DNA of 64,000 nucleotides from NCBI GenBank assembly GCA_038087875.1, contig CM075993.1, forward strand, positions 8,682,001 through 8,746,000, written 5' to 3'. Of this stretch, positions 12,410 through 24,059 are shown one piece after another. Below the pieces are notes generated by a model that was not told where the DNA came from, did not search any database, and saw nothing but the letters and a program-made list of their open reading frames with translations. The DNA comes from Malacoraja senta. Lineage: Eukaryota. The translations under genes and the position numbers were made by a program. Position 1 is the stretch's first letter. The number at the start of each line of letters is the position of its first letter.

Positions 12410-13135
12410 CTGGGCCTGTACTCGCTGAGTTTAGAAGGATGAGGGGGGACTTTATTGAAACTTATCGAATAAAGGACGGGATAGAGTGGATGTGGAGAGG
12501 ATGTTGCCACTAACGGGAGAGTCTAGGATCAGAGGGCACAGCCTTAGAATAAAACATACCTTTAGAAAGGAGATTTCGAATTTCTTTAGTCAGAGGGAGG
12601 TGAATCTGTGGAATTCTTTGCCACAGATGTCTGTGGAGGCCAAGTCAATGGATATTTTAGGCGGAGATTAGATTCTTGATTAGTATGGGTGTCAGGGGTT
12701 ATTGGGAGAAGGCAGAAGAAAGCATTTGGCACATTGCCTTCATGGTCAGTGCGTTGAGTACAGGAGTTGGGACATCATGTTACAACATGGAGAACAAAGA
12801 ACTGCAGATGCAATGTCCTCCAGAGATGCTGCTTGACCTGCTGAGTTACAACACAATGTTGTTATGGCCATATTTGGAGTACTGTCTATTCTGCTGTAGG
12901 GGGGAAATGTTATTACACTGGAAAAAGTGCAAAACATAATTTACCAGGATGTTACTGGGTCTGGAGAGTTTCAGCTATAGACAATAGGTGCAGGACCATT
13001 CAATGTGATCATGGCTGATCATCCCCAATCAGTACCCCGTTCCTGCCTTCTCCCCATATCCCTTAACTCCGCTATTTTTAAGAGCCATATCTAGCTCTCT
13101 CTTGAAAGCATCCAGAGAACCGGCCTCTGAGGCAG
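12410..13135. mobile_element. Cluster of CR1 fragments (+ at ~12410-12980, - at ~12980-13135)
   Basis: GLYSLxFRR, RGHSLRI and FFSQREVNLWNSLP motifs; CR1 3' UTR on the - strand. Confidence 0.7.
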
Positions 13136-13537
13136 GATAGGCAAGGTATTTTCCCCTGGAGTTTTAGGAGGATGAAGGGAGACTTTATACTATAGAGGTA
13201 TATAGAATCACGAGGGGCACAGGAAAGGCGAAGGAAGAACAAAAAGAGGGAGAGAATCGGGGGAGAGTGGAAAGACAGAGGGAGAGAGGAAGGAGAGAGA
13301 ATGAGAGTCGGGGGGAGGGAGGGAGCGTCGAGGGGGAGAGGAAGGAGGGTAAAGTGGGCGAGTAGAGGACGGAGAGAGGGAGGGGCAGATGGAGGGGGAG
13401 AGCGAAGGGGAAGGGGTGCGGGATCGCCAGCGCCGCCCCAGGTTACCTGCCCGTGTGTAAACATTGATACAAGCTGCAGACTGGAGTAAAGTGCAACAAG
13501 GAGGCGGCGGACGAGGCGAATTAGGTGCGAATACACC

Positions 13538-13910
13538 TCTCTCCCTCCAGCCCTCCCTCTCTCCCTCCCTCTCTCCCTCCCTCTCTCCCTCTCTCCCTCC
13601 AGCTCTCCCTCCAGCTCTGCCTCTCTCCCTCTCTCCCTCCCTCTCTCCTCCCTCTCTCCTCCTCTCTCCCTCCCTCTCTCCCTCCCTCTCTCCCTCCCTC
13701 TCTCCCTCCCTCTCTCCCTCCCTCTCTCCCTCCCTCTCTCCTCCTCTCTCTCTCCCTCTCTCCCTCCCTCTCTCCCTCTCTCCCTCCAACTCTCCCTCCC
13801 TCCCTCCTCTCTCCCTCCCTCTCTCCCTCTCTCCCTCTCTCTCTCCCTCCCTCTCTCCCTCCCTCCCTCTCTCCCTCTCTCCCTCTCTCCCTCCAGCTCT
13901 CCCCTCTCTC
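13538..13910. repeat. (CCCTCTCT/CCCT)n polypyrimidine tract
   Basis: Directly visible low-complexity sequence. Confidence 0.95.
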
Positions 13911-13999
13911 GTTGCCCCCTGTCGGGCTCGGCTCCGGAGTCCGCGGGCGGCGGACAAAGTTTGGCCCGAGTCGCCGCTCCGAAAGGTGGGTCCCCGGCC

Positions 14000-14366
14000 G
14001 GGAGAGAGGGATGGAGGGATGGATGAAGGGAGGGATGGATGGAGGGAGGGAGGGAGGAGGAAGGATGGAGGGATGGATGGAGGGAGGGAGGGAAGGAGAG
14101 AGGGGGGGAAGAATGGAGGGAGGGATGGATGAAGGGAGGGAGGGATGAAGGAAGGGAGGGAGGGAGGGAGGGAAGGATGGAGGGAGGGAGGGAGGGAGAG
14201 AGGGAGGGAGGGAGAGAGGGAGGGAGGGAAGGATGGAGGGAGGAGGGAGGGAAGGATGGAGGGAGGGAGGGAGGGAGGGAGAGAGGGAGGGAAGGATGGA
14301 GGGAAGGATGGAGGGAGGGAGGGAGGGAGGGAGGGATGGATGGAGGGAGAGAGGGGGGTGGGGGGA
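14000..14366. repeat. (GGAG/GGAT)n polypurine tract
   Basis: Directly visible low-complexity sequence. Confidence 0.95.
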
Positions 14367-14499
14367 GCGGCCGCAGGGGCTGCAGCGGATATTGAGCGCC
14401 GGCGCTGGGTGAAGATGCGCAACAGGTCAGCGGTGCTGGACGCTGCTTCACGGCGGAGCTCCCCGTGCTCGTCCCCGCGGTCCCCGGCAACCCGATCAC

Positions 14500-15792
14500 C
14501 CTCCTCCTTCCCGATCTCTCCCTCCCCAATCCCCACCCCTCCCTCGAACCACATCCCTCCCATCCTCTTCATCCCAATCACTCTCGCCCACTCCTCATCT
14601 CCCTCCCTCCCCCTTCCTCCCATCCCTTTCTCACCTCCCCCCTTCTCCCTCCTTACCGTCTCTCTCCCTCCCATCTCCCCCTATTTATGCTAATTCTACA
14701 ACCTATCTCTCTCCCTACCCATCCCCATCCTACCTATCTCCTTATGTCCCTCTTCATCTTACCCCAACTCCCCCTTACTCTCTCCCCTACAGTAAACCTA
14801 CCTCATGCTCTTCCCACCAACTTCCATTCCCTCAACATTCTATCACTTCCCATCCCGTTTCTTCCTGATCTGATCCCATGCTCCAACCGTCCTTTCCCGT
14901 ACCATCCTATCTTTCCCCATCCTAACTCTCTCCCTTTCTACATCCTAACCTTTCCCTTGTCCCTTCGCCCACTCCGATCCCAAACCATCCTCTGCCATTT
15001 TCATTGCTATATAATGCCCCTCCACCATTTCATTTCCTATCTTATTTCTTTCCTATCTATCCCACCTATTTTCACCATTTCATTTCCTATCTTATTTCTT
15101 TCCTATCTATCCCACCTATTTTCCCATCCCATCCCAGTGTATCTCCTACCTCCTTATCCTATTTCCTTTTCCTCACTATTATTCTCATTCTCCACCTCCC
15201 TATTCCAGCCATCCCATTATTTCTCCATCCTATCTCTTCCCATTCAGTCCCTCTCAATTCTTTCCTTTGCCATTCCTCTCTCGTACCCTAATCGTTCGTT
15301 CTCTGCCTTCAGATTATACCCTTCCATCCTTTCATTTCTGTACTTTCTTATATTCCCATCAGTTGACAATCTATCCATCTTCACCCTAAACATCTATCCC
15401 AATCTTCATCCCACTTTCCTCATCCTTTCATCTTGTAGCTTCATTGTATGCCCTCCCCATCCCATTCCTCTTGATCCTCTCCCTTCTTCACCTCAAACCC
15501 TCGTACTATCCCTGCCCATCCCGTCGCCCTCTTCTATCTCTCTCCACCCAGTCCCTCACTCTTCTGCCCATTCCCTGTCCTATCCTTGTTCCTCCTGACT
15601 CTATCCATTCCTGTTCCACTCCCACTTGCCATTTTCCATCCTGTCCCTAATTTCCCCATCCAATTCCAGTGGTCCCCCCATTCTATCCCACTGCAGACTA
15701 ACCTCCCCCTTCCCCATACTATCCCTCTCTGTGTCATCACATCCATTGCACCCCTCGTCCCTCTCCCCTCCCCCCGCCCTCTCCCTTTCCTT
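14500..15792. repeat. 1.3-kb C/T-rich, G-depleted low-complexity tract
   Basis: Strong strand asymmetry; includes a ~50-bp tandem duplication at ~15023-15122. Confidence 0.85.
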
Positions 15793-15883
15793 CGCTGAAC
15801 AGATCCGGTAAACTACTGCTTAACTCGCCAGTTTAACAGCTGAGCCAGTTTAGCAATTTAACAGCGAGTAACTAAAGTTTACC

Positions 15884-15990
15884 GAAGGTACACAAAAATG
15901 CTGGAGAAACTCAGCGGGTGCAGCAGCATCTATGGAGCGAAGGAAATAGGCAACGTTTCGGGCCGAAACCCTTCTTCAGACCCTTCTTCA
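15884..15990 (-). mobile_element. 107-bp Penelope-derived insertion with 14-bp TSD
   Basis: TSD AACTAAAGTTTACC at 15870-15883 and 15991-16004. Confidence 0.85.
15947..15983 (-). ncRNA. Minimal type-I hammerhead ribozyme motif (intact core)
   Basis: The - strand reads GGGU-CUGAAGA-A-GGGU(UUCG)GCCC-GAAAC-GUU-GCCU: conserved core, 4-bp helix II with a tetraloop, loopless palindromic helix III (ACGU), GUU cleavage triplet, weak helix I. Confidence 0.68.
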
Positions 15991-16018
15991 AACTAAAGTT
16001 TACCTGCTGTTTTAACCT

Positions 16019-16036
16019 TAACCAGGAGGGGGCGAC
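16019..16036 (+). promoter_or_regulatory. Candidate CTCF site
   Basis: ACCAGGAGGGGGCGAC, close to the core consensus CCASYAGRKGGCRS. Confidence 0.4.
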
Positions 16037-16465
16037 CGCGGTATGTTTTGCCTTTTCCTGATGTTGGTGTGACTGCTACCCAGCAAGGGTGTGGTTTGTC
16101 ACAAAGTCCACGTCTTGTACGTTTTGAACGGGCAGTGTCTTCTGCATAATGATGTTAACCAGAGATGCTGGAATACTGCATCGATCAGCTGGCGTTGTGG
16201 AGAGGCAGGTTTGACATTTCGAGTGGTAGTTCAACCTGCCAGTGTTCACTCTACATTTTCCTGAACATTTCCAGCTGAAGAAGGGTCTCAGCACGAAACC
16301 TATCCATGTTCTCCAGAGATGCTGCCTGACACGCTGAGTTATTCCAGCACTCGGTGTCTTTTTGTGTATTAACTAACACCTGCAGTTCCTTGTTCCTACG
16401 TGTTTTTGCAGCTGAATTCTTTGTGCTAACAGAAATATTTTTAATTCTAATAGATTTCACCGTGA

Positions 16466-16747
<282 letters not shown>

Positions 16748-16847
16748 AGTGGAGCGACGGAGAGACAGCCGAGCAGCCGTGCTCACACCACCTCCCCGAG
16801 CGAGGACGCTCCACATCCATTCGTCGAATCGCACCCGACTCTTAATG

Positions 16848-17410
16848 GGAGCACGGTGGCGCAGCGGGTACAGCTGCTGCCTCACAGCGCCAGAGACCTG
16901 GGTTCAATCCTGACCTCGAGTGCTGTCTGTATGGAGTTTGTACGTTCTCCCTGTGACCATGTGGGTTTTCTCCCGTTTCCTCCCACATTCCAAAGACGTA
17001 CAGGTTTGTAGGTGAATTGGCTTTGGTAAGTTGTGATAAATTGTCCCTAGTGTGTGTAGGGTGGTGTATGTGGTGATCATTGGTTGTCTTGGTGGGCCGA
17101 GGGGCCTGTTTCTGCACTACATCTCTAAAGCCTGACCCCGGGTGCTATCTGTGTGGAGTTTGCATGTTCTCTCTGTGACCACGTGGGTTGCCTCCAGGTG
17201 CTCCGGCTTCCTCCCACACCGTAAATACCTGCAGGTTTGTTGGTTAACTGGCCTCTGTAAATTGCCCCTAGTGTGTAAGATGCAAATTGGGATAACATAG
17301 AACTAGTGTGAATGGGCGATGGATGCTCGGCATGGACTCATGGGCTGAAGGGCCTGTTTCCATGCTGTATCTCTAAACTATCTCTGTCTCCAAAATATCT
17401 CTAAACTAAA
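16848..17410 (+). mobile_element. Two tandem tRNA-SINE copies in the putative CTXN2 3' UTR
   Basis: Head GGAGCACGGTGGCGCAGCGG and B-box GGTTCAATCC; a second, headless copy starts at ~17130. Confidence 0.8.
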
Positions 17411-17588
17411 CTAATCTGCCTTATAGAGCAGCCTTCTATGGTCTGACTGATAGTATCTCTATTTGTGCATAGACTATTATTCAGTAAAGGGGTTAGAAAC
17501 AGTTCAGTGTATGTCGTGTGGAGATAGGTTCAAAGTTATCAGTAACATATATGTAGTCTAGTATTACAACTGTTGCCGTCTAATGTCC

Positions 17589-17594
17589 AATAAA
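17589..17594 (+). terminator. Candidate CTXN2 polyadenylation signal
   Basis: AATAAA followed by a T/GT-rich stretch; alternatives ATTAAA at ~17749 and AATAAA at ~17865. Confidence 0.4.
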
Positions 17595-18265
17595 TTAACA
17601 TTATTGTGCATTTTCAGATATACAATCTTTTGAAAGACTGAACTGATGATATTGTCCATCCATCTCTGTCCGTTATGTTTTGCTTGTATATTAATCATTT
17701 TGTGCAGATTTGTAACTTTAATGTTAACAGGGTATGCATAAGAGCAATATTAAAGTGGCTAAGCATTGCTAATGACAGTGTGTGCTTTTCCATTGTATGT
17801 TTCTGAATGAGAGAAGGATATTGGCAATTAACATCATACAAAGATCCAGCCAGATAAAACTGAGAATAAACCAAAGTCAGGGCAGTGTAAAATTGTGAAG
17901 GATTTTACCTACTATATATAAAAAATCTTTAATGGGTTTTCTAGATTGTACACAAACCTTGCTGTGTAAAGGTCAGCGTTTTCTTCTTGCCTCTGGTGTA
18001 CTAAGATTTTTCAGAAGTTGGTCTTATTTTCAGTGGTTTCAATGTGACCTTGGTAACAACAACACAGGCAGGAGCCCTTCGTCTATCTTATTACTACACC
18101 TGAGATCCTGCTGTGTGCAAATTGGCTGCCGCGTTGGCCTAGAAAACAACAGGGATGCGTTTCCAAACTGCTTCCCCAGCTGTGAAATGCTCTGAGTCGC
18201 TCTGACCGTGTGAAAGACAAGCTTTCTCTTCTGCCATTGTTTGGATTGTGTCCATTCTGAATCAA

Positions 18266-18465
18266 NNNNNNNNNNNNNNNNNNNNNNNNNNNNNNNNNNN
18301 NNNNNNNNNNNNNNNNNNNNNNNNNNNNNNNNNNNNNNNNNNNNNNNNNNNNNNNNNNNNNNNNNNNNNNNNNNNNNNNNNNNNNNNNNNNNNNNNNNNN
18401 NNNNNNNNNNNNNNNNNNNNNNNNNNNNNNNNNNNNNNNNNNNNNNNNNNNNNNNNNNNNNNNNN
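18266..18465. other. Assembly gap (200 N)
   Basis: Run of exactly 200 N. Confidence 0.99.
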
Positions 18466-18784
18466 AAAATCACTGGACAGTTTACACTTTAAACTGTTAA
18501 CACTCTAACTGAAAGTTTCACATAATGCCAAGGAATGTTAATGATGGCTATATACTTCTGCAAGCAACAATTATTTTTTTTTTACCAATTTTATGAAACA
18601 ACGTGAAAAACAAGTCTAAAATAATATGAAAAGAAGCTCTTGAAAGCATAACCATTTTAATAACTTACCTTGGCTTCCTCCTGGGTTTCAGCCATTTATT
18701 AAGGTTTCACTAAATTACAAGCTTCTGCATGTGAGGCAGCACAACCATCTGAGCCATTTATAGACACAAAATGCTGGAGTAACA

Positions 18785-19650
18785 GGGACCTCAACAGTCC
18801 TTTCAGGTTAGGCAGAGGTTCACTCGCACCTCCTTCAACCTCATCTACTGTATCTGTTGTTCAAGATATGGACACTTATACATCGGCGACATGTATAAGT
18901 GTAGACAGGGCAATTATTTTGCTGAACACCTTCACTCAGTCTGCCTGGAACTACCTGATCTCCCATTTGCCAAACACTTTAATTCCCCTTCCCATTCCCA
19001 CACTGACGAAGGGTCTGAAGAAGGGTCTCGACCCAAAACGTCACCCATTCCTTCTCTCCAGCACTGCTGCCTGTCCCGCTGAGTTACTCCAGCATTTTGT
19101 GTCTACCTTCCACACTGGCCTTTCTGTCCTGGGCCTCCTCCATTGTCAGAGTAAACACTAATTGGAGGAACAGCATCTTATATTTTGTAACTTGCTTTGT
19201 AATTTTGTCAGCGCCGTAGGTGGCTGCTATTTGTACACATTGGGTATGCAGCAAAGAATTTCACTGTGCCTAGTCACGTGTGACAATAAAGTATTCCATT
19301 ATATTTTGCTTCGGCAGCTTACAACCCAATGGTATAAATATTGGTTTCTCTAACTTCAAGTAACCCTGCATTCCCTCTCTCTCCATCCCTCCTCCACCCA
19401 AATCGCACCAGCTTCTTGTTCTCATCTAGGAAATAGCTAACAATGGTCTGTTTCCTTTATCATTGTTGCTTTTTTGCATGTCATTAATTCATTTGTTCTG
19501 TGTCTCTCTACATTGCCGTCTATATCTCGTTTCCCTTTCCCCTTATTCTCAGGCAGAAGGGTCTTGACCCAATACGTCACCCATTCCTTCCCTCCAGCAT
19601 TTTGTGTCTATCTTCGGTTTAAACCAGCATCTGCAGTTCCTTCCTACATA
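18785..19650 (+). mobile_element. Penelope-like element 3' fragment (degenerate GIY-YIG endonuclease plus terminal repeat), with a nested short insertion at ~19006-19108
   Basis: Reads FQVRQRFTRTSFNLIYCICCSRYGHLYIGD (GIY-YIG). Its 3' end (~19550-19650) has the same GGGTCTTGACCC...ACGTCACC...CCAGCATCTGCAGTTCCTTCCTACA sequence as the short elements. The nested copy has TSD CCACACTG. Confidence 0.8.
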
Positions 19651-19909
19651 TCTGACCCATTTGTTTTCTATTGAACTTCAGTGACCTAATTATTTCCCTT
19701 CCATCATTTGTGCACAGTAATTTCTCAGAAATCTTTTCATGATTCACTTACTACAATTGTATGAGGTGGCAGGTATTTAACAACATGTGGCAGTGTGTAC
19801 TCCAAACACTTCAAGATTCTAGTAACCACACAAACATCACAATGAAATATAAACAAATTATTTCAACACAGTGTAAAGCATTCTAACATAATTACAGAAA
19901 CATGAGTAC

Positions 19910-20047
19910 CTTTTTTGCAGGGTTCACAAGGACTCCCCCAGGCAGCACCCAATGTAGAGCAGCACTGTGACTTTAGTGTGGCACCGTTAATGTTTATTTC
20001 ACACTTTCCTCCGATGTGTTGCAACCAACAGGTCCCCTTAACTGTCT
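19910..20047 (-). CDS. FBN1: Fibrillin exon, hybrid domain 2 (138 nt; equivalent to FBN1 coding exon 21)
   Basis: (E)[45 protein letters not shown]; acceptor ttttcctacag, donor gtactc. Confidence 0.92.
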
Positions 20048-20122
20048 CTGTAGGAAAAGTACATTTCTAAATGAAAACAATGGATTAGCTGCATTCTTTT
20101 TGATAAATGGAAAAATTACTGG

Positions 20123-20420
20123 ACGGCACAGTGGCGCAATGGTAGAGTTGCTGCCTTAAAACGTCAAAGACCCAGGTTCGATCTATGGGTGCTGTTTGTA
20201 CAGAGTTTATACGTGGTCCCCGTGACCAGTGGTGTTTTCTCCGATATCTTCGGTTTCATCCTACACAAAGACGTACAGGTTTGTAGGTTAATTGGCTTGG
20301 TATAAGTGTAAATTGTCCCCAGTGTGTGTAAGATAGTGTTAATGTGCGGGGATCGCTGGTCAGTGTTGACTCGGTGGGCCGAAGGGCCTATTTCCGCGCT
20401 GTATCTCTAAACTAAATAAA
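20123..20420 (+). mobile_element. tRNA-derived SINE
   Basis: GGCACAGTGGCGCAATGG head, GGTTCGATC B-box, CTAAACTAAA tail. Confidence 0.8.
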
Positions 20421-20529
20421 AAATATATAGATGTGCAGATATTCTAAATTTTTAAATACTGCATCAACAAAGAGAACTACAATCATTAATGAAATGACTC
20501 TGAATCCATTCTGGAAGTGATATTTTATT

Positions 20530-20837
20530 TAGTTTAATTTAGAGATGCAGCTTGGAACAGGTCTTTCGGCCCACTAGGTCCACAATGACCACTGATCATG
20601 CATTTACTCCTTTTCATCCACACCTTGCACACTAGGAGCAAGTTACTGAGGCCAATTAACCTACAAATCCAAATGTCTTTTAGGTGTAGGGTGAAATCAG
20701 ACCACCCAGAAGAAACCCACATAGTCACAGGGAAAATGTGGCAAACTCCAGACTGACAGCATCTGAGGTCAGGATCAAACCCAGGTCTCTGACACCATGA
20801 GGCAGCAGCTCTACCAGCTGCGTCACTGTGCTGCCCT
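20530..20837 (-). mobile_element. tRNA-derived SINE
   Basis: Reverse complement of the same family. Confidence 0.75.
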
Positions 20838-21139
20838 TATTAAATTATATTCTAACACTAGCTATTAAAACTTCATTGAACACGGCACGCTTTCATTAAT
20901 TCGGAAAATATTACAAATAAACAGCAAAGTGCACTTGTGTAGTGTTAGTTTTCCAACACCAGAGGGACCTATACTATCTGACAACAATATCACATGACCA
21001 TCTCCTTATGGGACACTGGCCTAAATTTTAGGGGTAAATTCAACATCTGTTCTTGACAATTTAAAAAATATACTCCAGTACTGGAGTCCCTTATGAATTT
21101 ACAACCATTCAAATCTGCTTGAACAACATATATCAGCAT

Positions 21140-21850
21140 GTTCATAAGTGATAGGAGCAGATATAGGCCATTTGGCCCATCAAGTCTAGTCCGCCATTTA
21201 ATCACGGGTGATCCATCTTTTCCTCTCAACCCCATTCTCTTGCTTTCTCCCTGTAACCTTTGACGCCCTTTCTAATCAACAACCTATCAATCTCTGCTTT
21301 AAAAATATCCAAAGACCCAAAGACAATGAATTCCACAGATTCACCACCCTCTGACTAAATAAATTCTTCCTCATCGCCTTCCTAAAGGAACATCCTTCAA
21401 TTCTGAGGCTATGATCTCTGGTCCAAGACTCTCCCACTAGTGGAAACACGCTCTCCACATCCACTCTATCCAGGCTTTTCACTATTTGGTAAGTTTCAAG
21501 GAGGTCCCCCCTCAACCTCCTAAACTCCAGCGAGTAGAGGCCTAGTGCCGTCAAACGCACAACTTATGTTAACCCACTAATTTCTGGGATCATTCTCGTA
21601 AACCTCCTCTAGACCCTCTCCAGTGTCAGCACATCCTTCCTCAGATATGGGCCCCAAAATGGTTCACAGTACTCCAAATGCGGTCTGACCAGCACCTTAT
21701 ACAGCCTCGGCTATTACATCCCTGTTTTGTATTCTAGACCTCTCGAAATAAATGTTAGCATTGCGTTTGCCTTCCTTACTACTGATTCGACTTGCAAATT
21801 AACGTTTTGGGAATCCTACACCAGCACTCCCAAGTGCCTTTACACCACAG
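21140..21850 (-). mobile_element. CR1 LINE 3' fragment
   Basis: LGLYSLEFRRLRGDL...FSQRVVNLWNSL. Confidence 0.8.
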
Positions 21851-21862
21851 ATATTTGAATGA

Positions 21863-22533
21863 ATACCTGGGCGTGCACATCTCTGAAGATCTCTCCTGGT
21901 CTGAGAACACTGATACAATTATAAAGAAAGCACATCGGCGCCTCTACTTCCTGAGAAGATTATTGAGAGTCGGTATGTCAAGGAGGACTCTCTCTAACTT
22001 CTACAGGTGCACAGTAGAGAGCCTGCTGACCGGTGGCATCATGGCTTGGTTCGGCAACTTGAGCGCCCAGGAGCGAAAAAGGCTGCAAAAAGTAGTAAAC
22101 ACTGCCCAGTCCATCATCGGCTCTGACCTCCCTACCATCGAGGGGATCTTTCGCAGTCGCTGCCTCAAAAAGGCTGGCAGCATCATCAAGGACCCACACC
22201 ATCCTGGCCACACATTCATCTCCCCGCTACCTTCAGGTAGAAGGTACAGGAGCCTGAAGACTACAACGTCCAGGTTCAGGAATAGCTACTTCTCCACAGC
22301 CATCAGGCTATTAAACTCAACTGAAACAAAACTCTGAACATTAATAGCCTATTATCTGTTTATTTGCACTTTATCTGTTTTATTTATTCATGTGTGTATA
22401 TATTTATATAATGGTGTATGGACACACTGATCTGTTCTGTATTCATGCCTACTATATTCTGTTGTGCTGAAGCAAAGCAAGAATTTCATTGTCCTATCTG
22501 GGACACATGACAATAAACTCTCTTGAATCTTGA
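21863..22533 (+). mobile_element. Rex1/Babar-like LINE 3' end
   Basis: YLGVHISEDLSWSEN...KKAHRRLYFLRRL...PSGRRYRS...RFRNSYF; tail GACAATAAA followed by CTTGAAT repeats. Confidence 0.85.
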
Positions 22534-23344
22534 ATTAAGAGCAATAAATGCAAGTAACAATGTTTCATTTAATTTACATTGAAAAGAGCAGTACATTTTA
22601 TAAATATTTAAATATATTTTTGATTGTTATCTTTTTAATAAAATCTAAGGGAGCTCAGGTGCTGTCACTGCTCCAGCAAGTAGGGTTCAATCCTGATCTC
22701 CAGTGTTGTTTGTGTGGATTTTCTTAAGAGTGCTCCAATTTCCACCAACATCCCCCAAAATGTGCAGGTTAGTAGTTTAATTGAGGAATGGTAGTTTTGG
22801 GGAGGAGGGAAAATGGGTTAAGTTGGATTATTCTAAATGTGGTGATTTGATGATTGGCATTGACGATGTGCTGTCTGTCTCAACTCCAATTCTCTCTATG
22901 TATTAATTTCTTTAACACAATAATAGTTTTTGTTTTGCCCATGGTACCACGGTGCACTGGAAGTGGAGAGGGTGAATATTTTAGATGGTAGAAGAGTCAC
23001 ACAGGTTCCTTTGATTTATTATTTCTGGCTTTTTGAGCATTTTTTGAGCTGCATTTACCCAAGTAAGTTATAAATAAGTATGTACTTTAACTTACAACCT
23101 GTAAATAGTTATGAGGAGTGTCACATGGCGCAGTATGGCCAAACTCTAGTCGACCTCTGCAATCGCAACATATATGCTGCAGATCCTGTTAAATCTCTGG
23201 TAAATGTTAATGATTCTTATGCCTTTCATTTCAAGGAGTAGTTCGACTTCAGGAAACGAGGTGATGTACATGCCCTAGTCAGCATTAATGGTGCTGAAAT
23301 GGAGATGTTTGCGAGCTTCTAAGGGTATATATCAACAAAAATCT

Positions 23345-23970
23345 GTCATGGACCAGGACAGATACTTTGAAACTTTGGTCAAGAAAGCATGCCGACTACA
23401 CCACAGCCTCTACTTCCTCAGAAGACTATTGGCATGCATTGGCATGTCTCGAATGCCTCTTACCAACTACTACAGGTGCATTGTAGAGAGCATCCTATGT
23501 GCCCAAGATAGCAAGAAATTACAGAGTTCTGGATGTAGCGCAGTCCATTACACAAACCAGCTCCATTCCCCCCCACCCCCCAACAAACCCCAATCGATTT
23601 ATCAATTTAATCTACATTACAGGCTGCACTTGGAAAGCAGCCAACATGGTCACGGACTATTTACCCCCTGGTCATTCTCTCTCTGGTAGAAACCATGTAC
23701 ACCAGAGTTAGGAAGAGCTTCCAAAGGGATATCAGACTACCAAACGGTCCTCTCATATGTTAAGGGTGTCCCAACCTACTTAATTGCAGCCCTTGGATTT
23801 TTTTTGATCTGCACTCCTCTGCTTCCATAATGAATATATTCTGCATTCCTGTCGTTTTCTTCTTCTAATATTTGTGTATAATTTTATTGTACTCATGAAG
23901 AGTATGATTTGACTGGCTAGCAATGTTTTTCACTGTATCTCAGTACACGTGACAATAATAAACTAAGACT
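23345..23970 (+). mobile_element. Degenerate Rex1/Babar-like LINE 3' end
   Basis: LYFLRRL and NYYRCIVESIL motifs; ends GTGACAATAATAAA. Confidence 0.65.
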
Positions 23971-24059
23971 AATAGACTTTCTCTTGTTAGAGATAGTTTT
24001 CTATCGTATTTCCTGAGAAGATATAAATGGAATGTATAAATGGAACAATGGTTTATCAG

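Larger units (their letters stand above)
13240..14500 (+). promoter_or_regulatory. CpG island / probable CTXN2 promoter and non-coding first exon, interleaved with purine and pyrimidine tracts
   Basis: CpG-dense blocks at ~13415-13530, 13910-14000 and 14365-14495, 2-3 kb upstream of the cortexin coding exon. Candidate donor CAG|GTCAGC at 14425/14426. Confidence 0.55.

Noticed and set aside
14420..14440. REST/RE1-like site in the CTXN2 CpG island
   Set aside because: Only the GGTGCTG half matches; the other half-site is poor.
13078..15598. Long ORFs of 483, 488 and 377 aa
   Set aside because: They are translations of stop-poor purine/pyrimidine low-complexity tracts in several frames on both strands, with no domain.
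18669..18700. ATG GCT GAA ACC CAG GAG GAA GCC AAG followed by GTAAGT on the - strand, as a possible next fibrillin exon
   Set aside because: MAETQEEAK has no cysteines and does not resemble the expected DPxCxxG...CE exon; it may be chance.
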